Positions 1-7,792 are shown, counted from the first letter of the stretch. The stretch: DNA of 12,425 bases from an uncultured Deinococcales bacterium (GCA_964244895.1 CAXTKV010000162.1:1-12425), one strand, 5' to 3'. Numbers and translations are program-made. The notes: a model not told the origin generated them from the letters alone.

Positions 1-2
1 GG

Positions 3-80
3 AGCGCGAACAGCCCGTCAGGTGCTATTCCGTGAGCAAGAAGCGCGAACAGCCCGTCAGGTGCTATTCCGTGAGCAAGA
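3..80. repeat. Exact 39-bp tandem repeat, 2 copies visible (may continue beyond the window edge)
   Basis: AGCGCGAACAGCCCGTCAGGTGCTATTCCGTGAGCAAGA at 3-41 and 42-80 with no spacer. It is followed by ACGGTGTTCC, the right end of the REP-like family. Confidence 0.95.
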
Positions 81-91
81 ACGGTGTTCCC

Positions 92-655
92 TCAAACCGC
101 CATGCGCTTTTTCATGTCTTCTTCAATCTCGCTGAGGGGCTTCCAGGCGTTGTCCTTGTCGCTGATCACGTCCACGGGGAGCGGCCACTCGAGCCCGAGC
201 AGCGGATCGTCGTACATCAGTCCGCCTTCCACGCCGGGCGTGTAGAACTCGCCGACCATGTAGGTCGTGTCGGTCTTGTCTTCCAGCGTCTGGTAGCCGT
301 GCCCGAAGCGCTCCGGGATGTACAGGCCGCGCTGGTTGTCGGCGTTCAACTCGACCGCGACGTGCTGAAGGTAGGTTTCCGATTCCGGGCGCAAATCCAC
401 GATGATGTCCAGGATCGCGCCGCGCGTGCAGCGCACGTACTTGGTTTCGGCGGCGGGCGGGTACTGGAAGTGCATGCCGCGAATCGTGCCTTTTTTGATG
501 TTGCTGCCCACGTTGGCCTGCGCGATCACGGGTTTCAGGCCGTGCGCGGTGAATTCGTTCTGGCAGAACATCCGCGCGAAGAACCCCCGGTTGTCCTCGC
601 GGCGCTCGAGATCGATGATGAACGCGCCCTTGAGCTTGGTTTCGGTAAAGATCAT
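92..655 (-). CDS. rfbC: dTDP-4-dehydrorhamnose 3,5-epimerase family (RmlC/RfbC cupin), 187 aa
   Basis: The true start is MIFTETKLKGAFII at 655, inside the 92..1294 ORF. Motifs DNRGFFAR, GTIRGMHFQ, DLRPES, FGHGYQTL and ISDKD. ATGA overlap with the upstream gene stop (652-655). Confidence 0.9.
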   Translation of the reverse strand: MIFTETKLKGAFIIDLERREDNRGFFARMFCQNEFTAHGLKPVIAQANVGSNIKKGTIRGMHFQYPPAAETKYVRCTRGAILDIIVDLRPESETYLQHVAVELNADNQRGLYIPERFGHGYQTLEDKTDTTYMVGEFYTPGVEGGLMYDDPLLGLEWPLPVDVISDKDNAWKPLSEIEEDMKKRMAV

Positions 656-1743
656 TTGCTCACCAGTTCTTTGGTCTGCGCGTTCGGCATGCCGCGTCCA
701 GCCCAGAAGAAATCCATGTCGATCTGACCGGTGCGGATCAGGTACTCGAGCTGCTTGAGCCGCGTGAAGCCGCGCGAGGTGAACATTTCCGCGTCGAAAT
801 CGATCCGCTCGAACACGTCCGCCAGTTGCTGCGCGCCCTTGCGCGCGTTCCAGTCGCAGCTGAAGCCCGGCAGTAGCGTGCTGATTTTGGTGAAATCGAC
901 CTTGTAGCTGCGGTTGTCCGCGCCGGGCTGACCGAAGCTCAGTTTGCAGCCCGGAACGACTTCCGCCACGATCTGTGCGATGGTTCTGACCTGGTAATTC
1001 TGTTCCGATGACCCGACGTTGAAGACCTCGTTGTGAATCGTTTGCTGCGGTGCCTCGAGGACGCAGGCGATCGATTTGGCGATATCCAGCGCGTGAACCA
1101 GCGGTCGCCAGGGCGTGCCGTCGCTGGTCATCTTGATCTCGCGGGTCGTCCAGGCGAGCGCCATCAGGTTGTTCAGCACGATGTCGAAACGCATCCTGGG
1201 TGACGCGCCGAAGGCGGTCGCGTTGCGCATGAAGGTCGGCGAGAACGTGTCGGTCGCGAGCGGCCTGAGGTCGCGCTCGACCATCGTCTTGCACTCCGCG
1301 TAGGCCGTCTGCGGGTTGAGCTGCGATGTTTCAGACACGACATCTTCCGTGCCGACGCCGTAGACGCTGCACGAGGACATGTACACGAAACGCTTGACGC
1401 CCGCTTCCCTGGCGAGTTTCGCCAGGCGCACGGAACCCTTGTGGTTGATGTCGTAGGTGATGTGCGGCGCGAGCTGCCCCAGGGGATCGTTGCTGAGTTC
1501 CGCCATGTGAACCACGGCGTCCATCCCTTCCAGGTCTTCAGCGCTGATGTTACGGATGTCTTTTTCCAGCGTGCGCGGGCTGCGGTCGATGCCGTTGTAC
1601 AACCAGCCCGCCTTGTAATAGCCCGTGTCCACGCCCAGCACGTCGATGCCCTTGCGCATCAGCACGCCGGCCAGCAGACAACCCAGGTAGCCTTCCGTGC
1701 CGGTGACCATGACTTTCATCGGGACTTTCATTGCGGTTTTCAT
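652..1743 (-). CDS. NAD-dependent epimerase/dehydratase (extended SDR) acting on an NDP-sugar
   Basis: TGTEGYLG Rossmann motif, MSSCSVYG, YAECK (YxxxK), RNATAFG and DGTPWRPLVH. GGAGG lies 7 nt before ATG 1743. ATGA overlap with the lhgO stop. Confidence 0.9.
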   Translation of the reverse strand: MKTAMKVPMKVMVTGTEGYLGCLLAGVLMRKGIDVLGVDTGYYKAGWLYNGIDRSPRTLEKDIRNISAEDLEGMDAVVHMAELSNDPLGQLAPHITYDINHKGSVRLAKLAREAGVKRFVYMSSCSVYGVGTEDVVSETSQLNPQTAYAECKTMVERDLRPLATDTFSPTFMRNATAFGASPRMRFDIVLNNLMALAWTTREIKMTSDGTPWRPLVHALDIAKSIACVLEAPQQTIHNEVFNVGSSEQNYQVRTIAQIVAEVVPGCKLSFGQPGADNRSYKVDFTKISTLLPGFSCDWNARKGAQQLADVFERIDFDAEMFTSRGFTRLKQLEYLIRTGQIDMDFFWAGRGMPNAQTKELVSK

Positions 1744-2972
1744 GCGAGAACCTCCGTCAAACGAGAAGAAAACTTGGCGAATGCCTGCTCGGGGACGCGG
1801 TTGGCGACCTCGCGCCCGATCTCGAGCGAGGCGGTGGCGGCGGGTGATGGCGCGTTGCAGACGTGCATGGCCTGCGGGCCTTCAACGATCAGGAAGTCGT
1901 CCACCATGCCGCCGTCGGGTTGCAGCGCCTGAGCGCGCACGCCCGCGTGGGCCGGAACGATGTCGGCGTCGGTCAGTTCGGGAATCAGGCGTTGCAGGCT
2001 GGCCAGGAACGCCGCGCGGTTGAACGAGCGCCAGACTTCCATCGCGCCCTCGCGCCAGTTCTTGGCGGCGAGCTTCCACAGTCCCCGGTAGGACACGATC
2101 TCGAGAAACTCCGAGAGTTCAAAATCGGTCTTGTGGTAACCCTCGCGCCGCAGCGAAAGGACGGCGTTCGGTCCGGCGTGGACGCTGCCGTCGATCATGC
2201 GGGTGAAATGCACGCCCAGGAACGGGAAATCCGGGTTCGGAACGGGATAGATCAGCCCCTTGACCAGGTGGCGTTTGGCGGCAGTCAGCTCGAAGTATTC
2301 GCCTCGGAACGGCACGATCTGGGCGCGCGGGTCGGCTTTGGCCATGCGCGCCATGCGATCCGAGTACAGGCCCGCGCAGTTGACGACGTACCGCGCTTCA
2401 AACGGGCCGCGATCCGTCTCGATGATGTGGATGCTGCCGCCGAAAACCAGGTTTGTGACCTTCGTGCCGAGTTCAATTTGCCCGCCCGCCCGCTCGATGA
2501 TCGAGGCGTACATCTGGCAGACGGCCCTGTAGTCCGCGATGCCGGTGGTCTCGACCCGCACGGCTTCGAGGGCTTCCACGTGCGGCTCGAAGGCTTTGGC
2601 TTCCAGACCCGAGATTTTCTCTACCGGGATGCCGTTCTCGAGGCCGCGCTTGTAGAGCTTTTCCAAACCGGGCAGTTCTTCGGGCGCGGTGGCCACGATC
2701 AGCTTGCCGGTGATCTCATAGGGCAGGTCGTGCCTCTGGCAGAATTCGACCATTCGTTGCGCGCCCGCCTTGGCGGAGCGCGCCTTGTACGAACCCGGCT
2801 TGTAGTAAATCCCGGAGTGAATCACGCCCGAATTGTTGCCCGTCTGGTGCGCCGCCAGCTTCAGTTCTTTTTCGAGCACCAGCACGCTCGCGCCGGGGAA
2901 ACGTTGTTGAAGGTGCATCGCGCTCGAGAGCCCGACGATGCCACCGCCGATCACCACAAAATCGTGAATCAT
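1740..2972 (-). CDS. lhgO: L-2-hydroxyglutarate oxidase-like FAD-dependent oxidoreductase
   Basis: GGGIVG FAD motif, HQTGNNSGVIHSGIYYKPGS, PFRGEY, FPFLGVHFTR, AGVRAQAL and NAPSPAATASL are LhgO-family signatures. Confidence 0.88.
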   Translation of the reverse strand: MIHDFVVIGGGIVGLSSAMHLQQRFPGASVLVLEKELKLAAHQTGNNSGVIHSGIYYKPGSYKARSAKAGAQRMVEFCQRHDLPYEITGKLIVATAPEELPGLEKLYKRGLENGIPVEKISGLEAKAFEPHVEALEAVRVETTGIADYRAVCQMYASIIERAGGQIELGTKVTNLVFGGSIHIIETDRGPFEARYVVNCAGLYSDRMARMAKADPRAQIVPFRGEYFELTAAKRHLVKGLIYPVPNPDFPFLGVHFTRMIDGSVHAGPNAVLSLRREGYHKTDFELSEFLEIVSYRGLWKLAAKNWREGAMEVWRSFNRAAFLASLQRLIPELTDADIVPAHAGVRAQALQPDGGMVDDFLIVEGPQAMHVCNAPSPAATASLEIGREVANRVPEQAFAKFSSRLTEVLA

Positions 2973-2995
2973 GCCTGACCTGCGTTTCGGTTCAT
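2969..2995 (-). CDS. Putative 8-aa upstream ORF MNRNAGQA, stop overlapping the lhgO start (ATGA)
   Basis: ATG AAC CGA AAC GCA GGT CAG GCA TGA read directly from the sequence. Translation is not demonstrated. Confidence 0.4.
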   Translation of the reverse strand: MNRNAGQA

Positions 2996-3024
2996 GGATT
3001 ACCTGCTCTGTGCGTGAGATTCAT
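2992..3024 (-). CDS. Putative leaderless 10-aa upstream ORF MNLTHRAGNP, stop overlapping the next uORF start (ATGA)
   Basis: ATG AAT CTC ACG CAC AGA GCA GGT AAT CCA TGA, starting 7 nt after a TATGCT -10-like box. Confidence 0.45.
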   Translation of the reverse strand: MNLTHRAGNP

Positions 3025-3031
3025 TCCTGAG

Positions 3032-3037
3032 AGCATA
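3032..3037 (-). promoter_or_regulatory. -10 element TATGCT for the lhgO-epimerase-rfbC operon
   Basis: Matches the TAnnnT consensus and lies 7 nt upstream of ATG 3024. Confidence 0.5.
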
Positions 3038-3221
3038 GACAGATGCGGTTAAGTCCGCCTAAAAGCCCGGAACCTGCCTTGGGGGGCCGATTCAGTTCCC
3101 TCTCGAGTATGCGCGTTTCACGCCGGAAATGGATTGAAAATCCGTCACGAAGTTCATTGCGAACGTGACCGACGCGTTTTTTTCACTCGAGGAAACCGCG
3201 CAACCTTTCGTGCTCGGACGT

Positions 3222-3279
3222 GAACACCGTTCTGCACGCATTTCTTTGTGCCCAAGAAACACCGTGCAGAACGGTGTAC
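3222..3279. repeat. REP-like palindrome, long variant (58 bp)
   Basis: Perfect 15-bp arms ACACCGTTCTGCACG (3224-3238) and CGTGCAGAACGGTGT (3263-3277), with an inner TTTCTT/AAGAAA pair. CTCGAG follows at 3279. Confidence 0.85.
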
Positions 3280-3492
3280 TCGAGCCAGGACACGCCGTGG
3301 ACTCGCTTTCTCGCGAAGGTGAATAGACCGTTCAGGACGAAATAAAGTTGACCTCGGGCCGGAGACAGCGCGTCTGGGACGGTCTCGGCTCACGTTCAAC
3401 ATGATCGGTTCTCGAGCCCGCACGACCACCTGAACAAAAGAAGTCCCGCGCGGCGTTTCAGCCCGTGGGACTCGAGAATCCGCGCGGCGGAA

Positions 3493-5133
3493 TCAACTCG
3501 GTGGGGGGCTCCAGATGTCGTCCGGGTTGACGCCCAATTCCGGCGTGGCCCAGGTCTGCACCGGGTCCGCTACGCGCATCAGCACGCCCAGCAGCAAACC
3601 CGTCCAGACGAGCGCGGAATCGCCGTAATACAGCATGGATTGGGACATGAAACTCGTCGCGGTCGAAGCGAAAATCGCGATCGCCAAGAACAGATAACCG
3701 GGCGCGTCCGACCCGAGCTGACGCCGACGCGCGAACAGCGCGATCATCGGCATGATTTGCGTCAAGAGCAACAAGATCAGCGCCGGGATGCCGCATTCGG
3801 CCACGAGCTGCACGTAAGAATTGTGCGCGACCTTGCCCTGCCAGTCGGACACGTCGTAGGCCTTGTAGATCACCTCGAACTGTTCGGCGGGAAGGTTGTT
3901 GGGCACGTAACGCAGCATCTGCGTCGGGTACTGCCCAAAGCCGACGCCGGTGAACGGGAATTCTTGCACCATCAGCAGGGCGGACTTCGCCAGGGTCGTG
4001 CGGTTGCCCGCCGAGTTCTGCGACGAATCGCCGTTGATGCGCTCCTGGATCGTGTCCAGAAAAGGAATCGGTGACCCGGAACCCCGACTGTCCTGGAGCG
4101 TGACCATCACCAGCGCGATCACCAGCACGAAGGCGGGCGAGAGCACCACCAGCCACTGCACGAAACGTTTGATGCGGTTCAGGCTGGGCAGGTGAAACAC
4201 CAGATACACCAACCCGACGGCGATCAGGCTCAGCCAGCCGCTGCGGAAAAACGTCACGACCGTGCCCAGCACGCAGAAGGCCAGCGCCAGGTTGTTCAGC
4301 ACCTTCGAGCTGCGCGACTGCTCGAAACGGTTGCTGTGGTACAGCACCAGCGCCGCCAGAATGGAGAAGAAGTACCCCAGTACCTCCGCCGAGTAGAACG
4401 GTCCCGGCGCGCGCCGATCCAGGCCATCCACGCGCATCGCTATGCCGTACAGGCTCGCGCCCATCAGGTATTCCGTGATGGCGATCACGCCCAGGATGAT
4501 GGCCAGCGGTCGGGCGGCGTTGGCCATCGTCTGGATGATCAGACGCGGCGATTTGAAAAACGTTGACACCAGGCCCGCGCCGACGATCAACAGCACCGTG
4601 TTCGCCCAGTCTCCGCCCGGATCGCCGACCGTATCGCCGCTGACGAAGAACGCTGACAGGCCCGTGATCAGGATCAAGAGCACGTGAATGGCTCGAAAAA
4701 ACAGCGTGCTCCTGGATGTTTTGCGTTCCTCGGAACTGGCTGGGTTCAGAAAAATCAGTCCGGCCAGAATAGCGATCAGGAGCAACCGCACGGAATTCGG
4801 CGCGGGCAGCGGCCCCACTGGGCTTTTCGATGGTGGGTACGCCAGGATGATCGGGATCATCGCCCAGCCGACCAGCACCTCGAGCCTGACTTGCCTGACC
4901 AGCACCGCGCCGAAGCTGAAGATGATCAACAACAGCGCCCCGGCGATGGCCAGCGGCATCTTGCCGGTGCCCATCATCACGGCCACCAGCAGTGCGCTCA
5001 GGATCACGCCCAGCATGAACAACGCGTTCGAGACGCTCAGACCCGAGTTCGGCAGAATCGGGGAATTCTTGGTGTGCGACCACCAGCTCTGCCAATCGCG
5101 AGCGTTGATGGCGGTGTCCACGGGGCTTCTCAA
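3493..5133 (-). CDS. O-antigen ligase / Wzy_C family polytopic membrane protein
   Basis: Many hydrophobic segments. Motifs RAPGPFYSAEVLG, TFFRSGWL, NSAGNRTTL, PFTGVGFGQY and AHNSYVQLVAECG. TTG start with GGAGAG upstream; start position is uncertain. Confidence 0.82.
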   Translation of the reverse strand: MRSPVDTAINARDWQSWWSHTKNSPILPNSGLSVSNALFMLGVILSALLVAVMMGTGKMPLAIAGALLLIIFSFGAVLVRQVRLEVLVGWAMIPIILAYPPSKSPVGPLPAPNSVRLLLIAILAGLIFLNPASSEERKTSRSTLFFRAIHVLLILITGLSAFFVSGDTVGDPGGDWANTVLLIVGAGLVSTFFKSPRLIIQTMANAARPLAIILGVIAITEYLMGASLYGIAMRVDGLDRRAPGPFYSAEVLGYFFSILAALVLYHSNRFEQSRSSKVLNNLALAFCVLGTVVTFFRSGWLSLIAVGLVYLVFHLPSLNRIKRFVQWLVVLSPAFVLVIALVMVTLQDSRGSGSPIPFLDTIQERINGDSSQNSAGNRTTLAKSALLMVQEFPFTGVGFGQYPTQMLRYVPNNLPAEQFEVIYKAYDVSDWQGKVAHNSYVQLVAECGIPALILLLLTQIMPMIALFARRRQLGSDAPGYLFLAIAIFASTATSFMSQSMLYYGDSALVWTGLLLGVLMRVADPVQTWATPELGVNPDDIWSPPPS

Positions 5134-5290
5134 GCGTCTCTCCGGTGAGGCTCTGAACGGTTCGGGCTGGTGCTTTCTGGATCTACCAGACCCGATCTGT
5201 GCATGAGCTTATCGCGCGATTCTTAAGAAAACCTCGTGCCGTGCCGCAGAGCGGCTCGGTGGCTCGGGCACTAAAAAGCTGATGCCCGAG

Positions 5291-5335
5291 AAACACCGTC
5301 CAGGACGGTGTTCTTATGCGCATAAGAACACCGTC
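5291..5335. repeat. Composite REP-arm cluster containing a perfect 32-bp palindrome
   Basis: GACGGTGTTCTTATGC|GCATAAGAACACCGTC (5304-5335) is perfectly self-complementary. An alternative hairpin AACACCGTC-CAG-GACGGTGTT spans 5292-5312. Confidence 0.9.
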
Positions 5336-5529
5336 TGGCACGGTCTGCCCGTGGGTGCTCGAGGCTGCATCCTCAAAAAGCGTTCCGGAAGCACCGTTCG
5401 CCGTCCAGAACGGAGGATGCAGTCCATCCGGGCGGCCAATTCTAGTCCGCACCTGTACTCGACGCAGGAGAACTCGCTCCACGACTCGGGATCGCTCGAG
5501 CGTGCCACAAAAGCATCCGAGGAGGCGGC

Positions 5530-5634
5530 ATGGGCAAGTACCGGATTCTTTCGATCGACGGCGGCATTCGCGGCGCCTTGAGCGTCTCGCCGCTGCAACA
5601 ACTCAGCGCCCAAGCGGGGCTCGAGGGTTGGCTC
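5530..5634 (+). pseudogene. N-terminal remnant of a patatin-like phospholipase
   Basis: GGAGG (5521-5525) precedes MGKYRILSIDGGIRGALSV...GLEGWL, matching the patatin start ILSIDGGGIRG with one Gly missing. No GxSxG motif follows, and the frame runs into a REP copy and the convergent gene. Confidence 0.7.
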
Positions 5635-5664
5635 GGGCCTTTCGAGGGCGACACGGTTCTGACG

Positions 5665-5712
5665 AAGCAGCGTCCAGCACGCGGTTCCCGGAATGCGTGC
5701 TGGACGGTGTTC
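5665..5712. repeat. REP-like 48-bp palindrome
   Basis: Perfect 12-bp arms CGTCCAGCACGC and GCGTGCTGGACG. It ends in GGACGGTGTTC and abuts the stop codon at 5713. Confidence 0.85.
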
Positions 5713-6366
5713 TCAGGTCTTCACCCAGACCGAGAACCGCCCCAGAAGCCGCCCACCCGCGAAATCCTCAAGTTCCGCGCCCTGGACGTTGATCTCGAGC
5801 TTCCCGCCCGCGTCCAGCGCCGCGCGGTTCGCCAGCGCGAGCGCCGCGCCCGCGCTGGTCGCACCCCACAGCAGGCCCGAGCCGCCCGCCTCGAGCATGG
5901 CCCCGACGGGCTGATCGCCGCGATACGCCAGGTACGCCGTCGCGTCGGAATTGCTTTGCACGACCCGCGCGACCTCCGTGGAAATCAATTCCGCCCAGGC
6001 GTTCGCGCCCCTCGAGACGGCGACGATCTCGCCGACCGCGCGCCCCAGGCTCCACGGCACCTGCTCGACCCAGACTTGCGGCTCAAAACCCGCGTCCCCG
6101 ACGATCTGGAGCAGGCTCAAAGCCCCGAATCCCTCGAAACCCGCGTTGTTGGCGGCCACTTCGAGACCGGTGTTCTCGGGCAGGATCAGCACGCCCGGAC
6201 GACCCCGAGACGCGAACCAGCCTTCGAGCGCCGGAACCTGATCCGCGCGCGTCGGGTAGCCCGCGTTGACCTCCAGGAACGGCAAGTTCCGATTCTCGAG
6301 CGCGGTCGCGCCCTCGACGCCGTGCCGTTCCAGCGCGAAGCGCGACCAGAACGATTCCAGGCTCAT
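5713..6366 (-). CDS. Hypothetical protein, possibly a degenerate GNAT-like fold, 217 aa
   Basis: Globular composition and ATGA coupling with the upstream gene. AYLAYRGDQPVGAML resembles a GNAT beta-hairpin, but no acetyl-CoA motif A is evident. Confidence 0.7.
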   Translation of the reverse strand: MSLESFWSRFALERHGVEGATALENRNLPFLEVNAGYPTRADQVPALEGWFASRGRPGVLILPENTGLEVAANNAGFEGFGALSLLQIVGDAGFEPQVWVEQVPWSLGRAVGEIVAVSRGANAWAELISTEVARVVQSNSDATAYLAYRGDQPVGAMLEAGGSGLLWGATSAGAALALANRAALDAGGKLEINVQGAELEDFAGGRLLGRFSVWVKT

Positions 6367-6581
6367 GGCCCGTGAATCGCCTCGAGAATCGCCTTGGCTT
6401 CGGACGCGCTGTGAATCGCCAGGCGCTCACCGTTGCCGAAGAACAACACCAGCGCCGCCTGCGCACCCGACGAGGCGCTCTGCCCGCGCCCGAGCGTGCC
6501 GCCCGCCGCGTCCCCGATCTCGTAATGGTTGATGCGATCCAGATTGATGCCCCGATTGCCGACCCGAACGAATCTCGCCAT
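6363..6581 (-). CDS. Small hypothetical protein (72 aa), probably leaderless
   Basis: MARFVRVGNRGINLDRINHYEI... with CACAAT-N6-ATG upstream and no SD. The stop overlaps the downstream ATG. Confidence 0.7.
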   Translation of the reverse strand: MARFVRVGNRGINLDRINHYEIGDAAGGTLGRGQSASSGAQAALVLFFGNGERLAIHSASEAKAILEAIHGP

Positions 6582-6587
6582 GCGCCC

Positions 6588-6593
6588 ATTGTG
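6588..6593 (-). promoter_or_regulatory. -10-like element CACAAT, leaderless geometry
   Basis: Lies 6 nt upstream of ATG 6581; one mismatch to TACAAT. Confidence 0.5.
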
Positions 6594-6790
6594 CCCCAAC
6601 TCGGGTTTCTCGAGCAGCCGATCTCTCGCACCCGACCAAAGTCGGGGGTCGCAAGTCAGAGGCGGCGGCGCCGATGTTCAGTTTCCCTTCAGCCCCGTTC
6701 CTATGCTCACCTCAGAACTCGCACGAGCGGGTCAATTCAGATCGCAACCGCGATTCGCTCCATCCCAGACGGCGGTTGCGCAGGAGAATC

Positions 6791-7774
6791 ATGCTCAAAC
6801 ACATCGGAATGACCGCCCTATCGCTGATCGCCCTCGCCGCCTGCAACCAGACGCCCGTCGCGGGCGGAACCCAGGTCGTGTCCGGCGCGATCACTAGCCT
6901 CTCGGTGGATCGTACCAGCCTGACCGTGGCTGGAAAGACCCTGACCCGCAGCGCATCCGGAACCGTGAGGGTCAACGGCAAAGCGGCCAAAGCCAGCGCT
7001 CTCAGCGTCGGTCAGAAAGTCAGGATCAACGCTTCCGGCAGCACGATTGAGGATGTCGATGTCGAAGTCGAACTCAAAGGCAAGATCAGCGCGATCGACC
7101 CCGCCGCCAAAACCATCACCGTGGCCGGAAAGACCGTCACCGTGGACGCCAACACCCGGATTGACCTCTCCGGTGACGACGACACCGCCACCAGCACCGC
7201 GCACACCATCGCGGACTTGAAGGTCAACGATTTGGTTGAAGTCAGCGGCTCGAGCGACGCCAGCGGCAACGTCTTGGCGACCAAAATCGAAGTCAAGAAC
7301 GACGCGGAACTGAACGAAGACGGCGAGGACAACGACACCGAACTCAAGGGCACCGTCAGCGGCTTCACCGCAGGCTCGACCACGTTCAAGCTGAATGACG
7401 TGACCGTCAACTGCACCAGCCCGTGCGTGCTGCCCGCCGCCCTCAAAGACGGCGATTCCGTCGAGGCCGAAGGCACGCTTTCCGCCAAAGTGCTGACCGC
7501 CAAAAAAGTCAAACTCGAGAACGAGGCCGAAGAAGATCACGACCGCGCCCCGGCGGGTTCGACCGTCAGCCTGGAAGACGACCTGAAGAACCTGGACGCC
7601 ACCGCCAAAACCTTCAAGCTCGAGGGCTACACGATCGATTACTCCACTGCGACCGTCACGGGCACGCTGGCTGACCACGCCGAAGTCAAGGTCGAGGGCG
7701 CCATGGACGCGACCAACACGAAACTCGTGCACGCCACCGCGGTCGCGGTCAAAGCGGGCGGGAATCACGACTGA
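6791..7774 (+). CDS. Lipoprotein with four DUF5666-like domains, 327 aa
   Basis: AGGAGA SD at 6782-6787 and signal peptide MLKHIGMTALSLIALAA-C (lipobox). Repeated units such as ELKGKISAID..TITVAGKTVTV..LKVNDLVEVSG..LATKIEV are separated by acidic linkers. Confidence 0.8.
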   Translation: MLKHIGMTALSLIALAACNQTPVAGGTQVVSGAITSLSVDRTSLTVAGKTLTRSASGTVRVNGKAAKASALSVGQKVRINASGSTIEDVDVEVELKGKISAIDPAAKTITVAGKTVTVDANTRIDLSGDDDTATSTAHTIADLKVNDLVEVSGSSDASGNVLATKIEVKNDAELNEDGEDNDTELKGTVSGFTAGSTTFKLNDVTVNCTSPCVLPAALKDGDSVEAEGTLSAKVLTAKKVKLENEAEEDHDRAPAGSTVSLEDDLKNLDATAKTFKLEGYTIDYSTATVTGTLADHAEVKVEGAMDATNTKLVHATAVAVKAGGNHD

Positions 7775-7792
7775 TCCAACATCCCGAATCAG

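Noticed and set aside
3..80. CRISPR array
   Set aside because: The units are contiguous and identical with no spacers, and there are no cas genes in the window.
656..1294. N-terminal extension of the 400-aa ORF 92..1294
   Set aside because: It is an off-frame shadow of the epimerase gene. RmlC similarity begins at Met 655, where the ATGA overlap lies.
3154..3429. 91-aa ORF in the ligase-lhgO intergenic region; also an ops/JUMPStart element nearby
   Set aside because: The ORF crosses a REP hairpin and is Arg/Ser-rich with no family signal. I saw no GGCGGTAG ops match.
5130..5204. 24-aa uORF (MHRSGLVDP...) whose TGA overlaps the ligase TTG start
   Set aside because: It is a real open frame, but has no SD or properly spaced -10. 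The nearest TAAGCT is 1 nt from its ATG, which would place the TSS inside it. Likely chance.
5222..5520. Small ORFs of about 99-158 aa around the palindrome cluster
   Set aside because: They are read through repeats on both strands (MRIRTPS appears in both directions because of the palindrome), with no coding evidence.
5635..6375. Full 281-aa plus-strand protein 5530..6375
   Set aside because: After codon 35 the frame reads through a REP and antisense to a real gene, with Arg-rich shadow composition.
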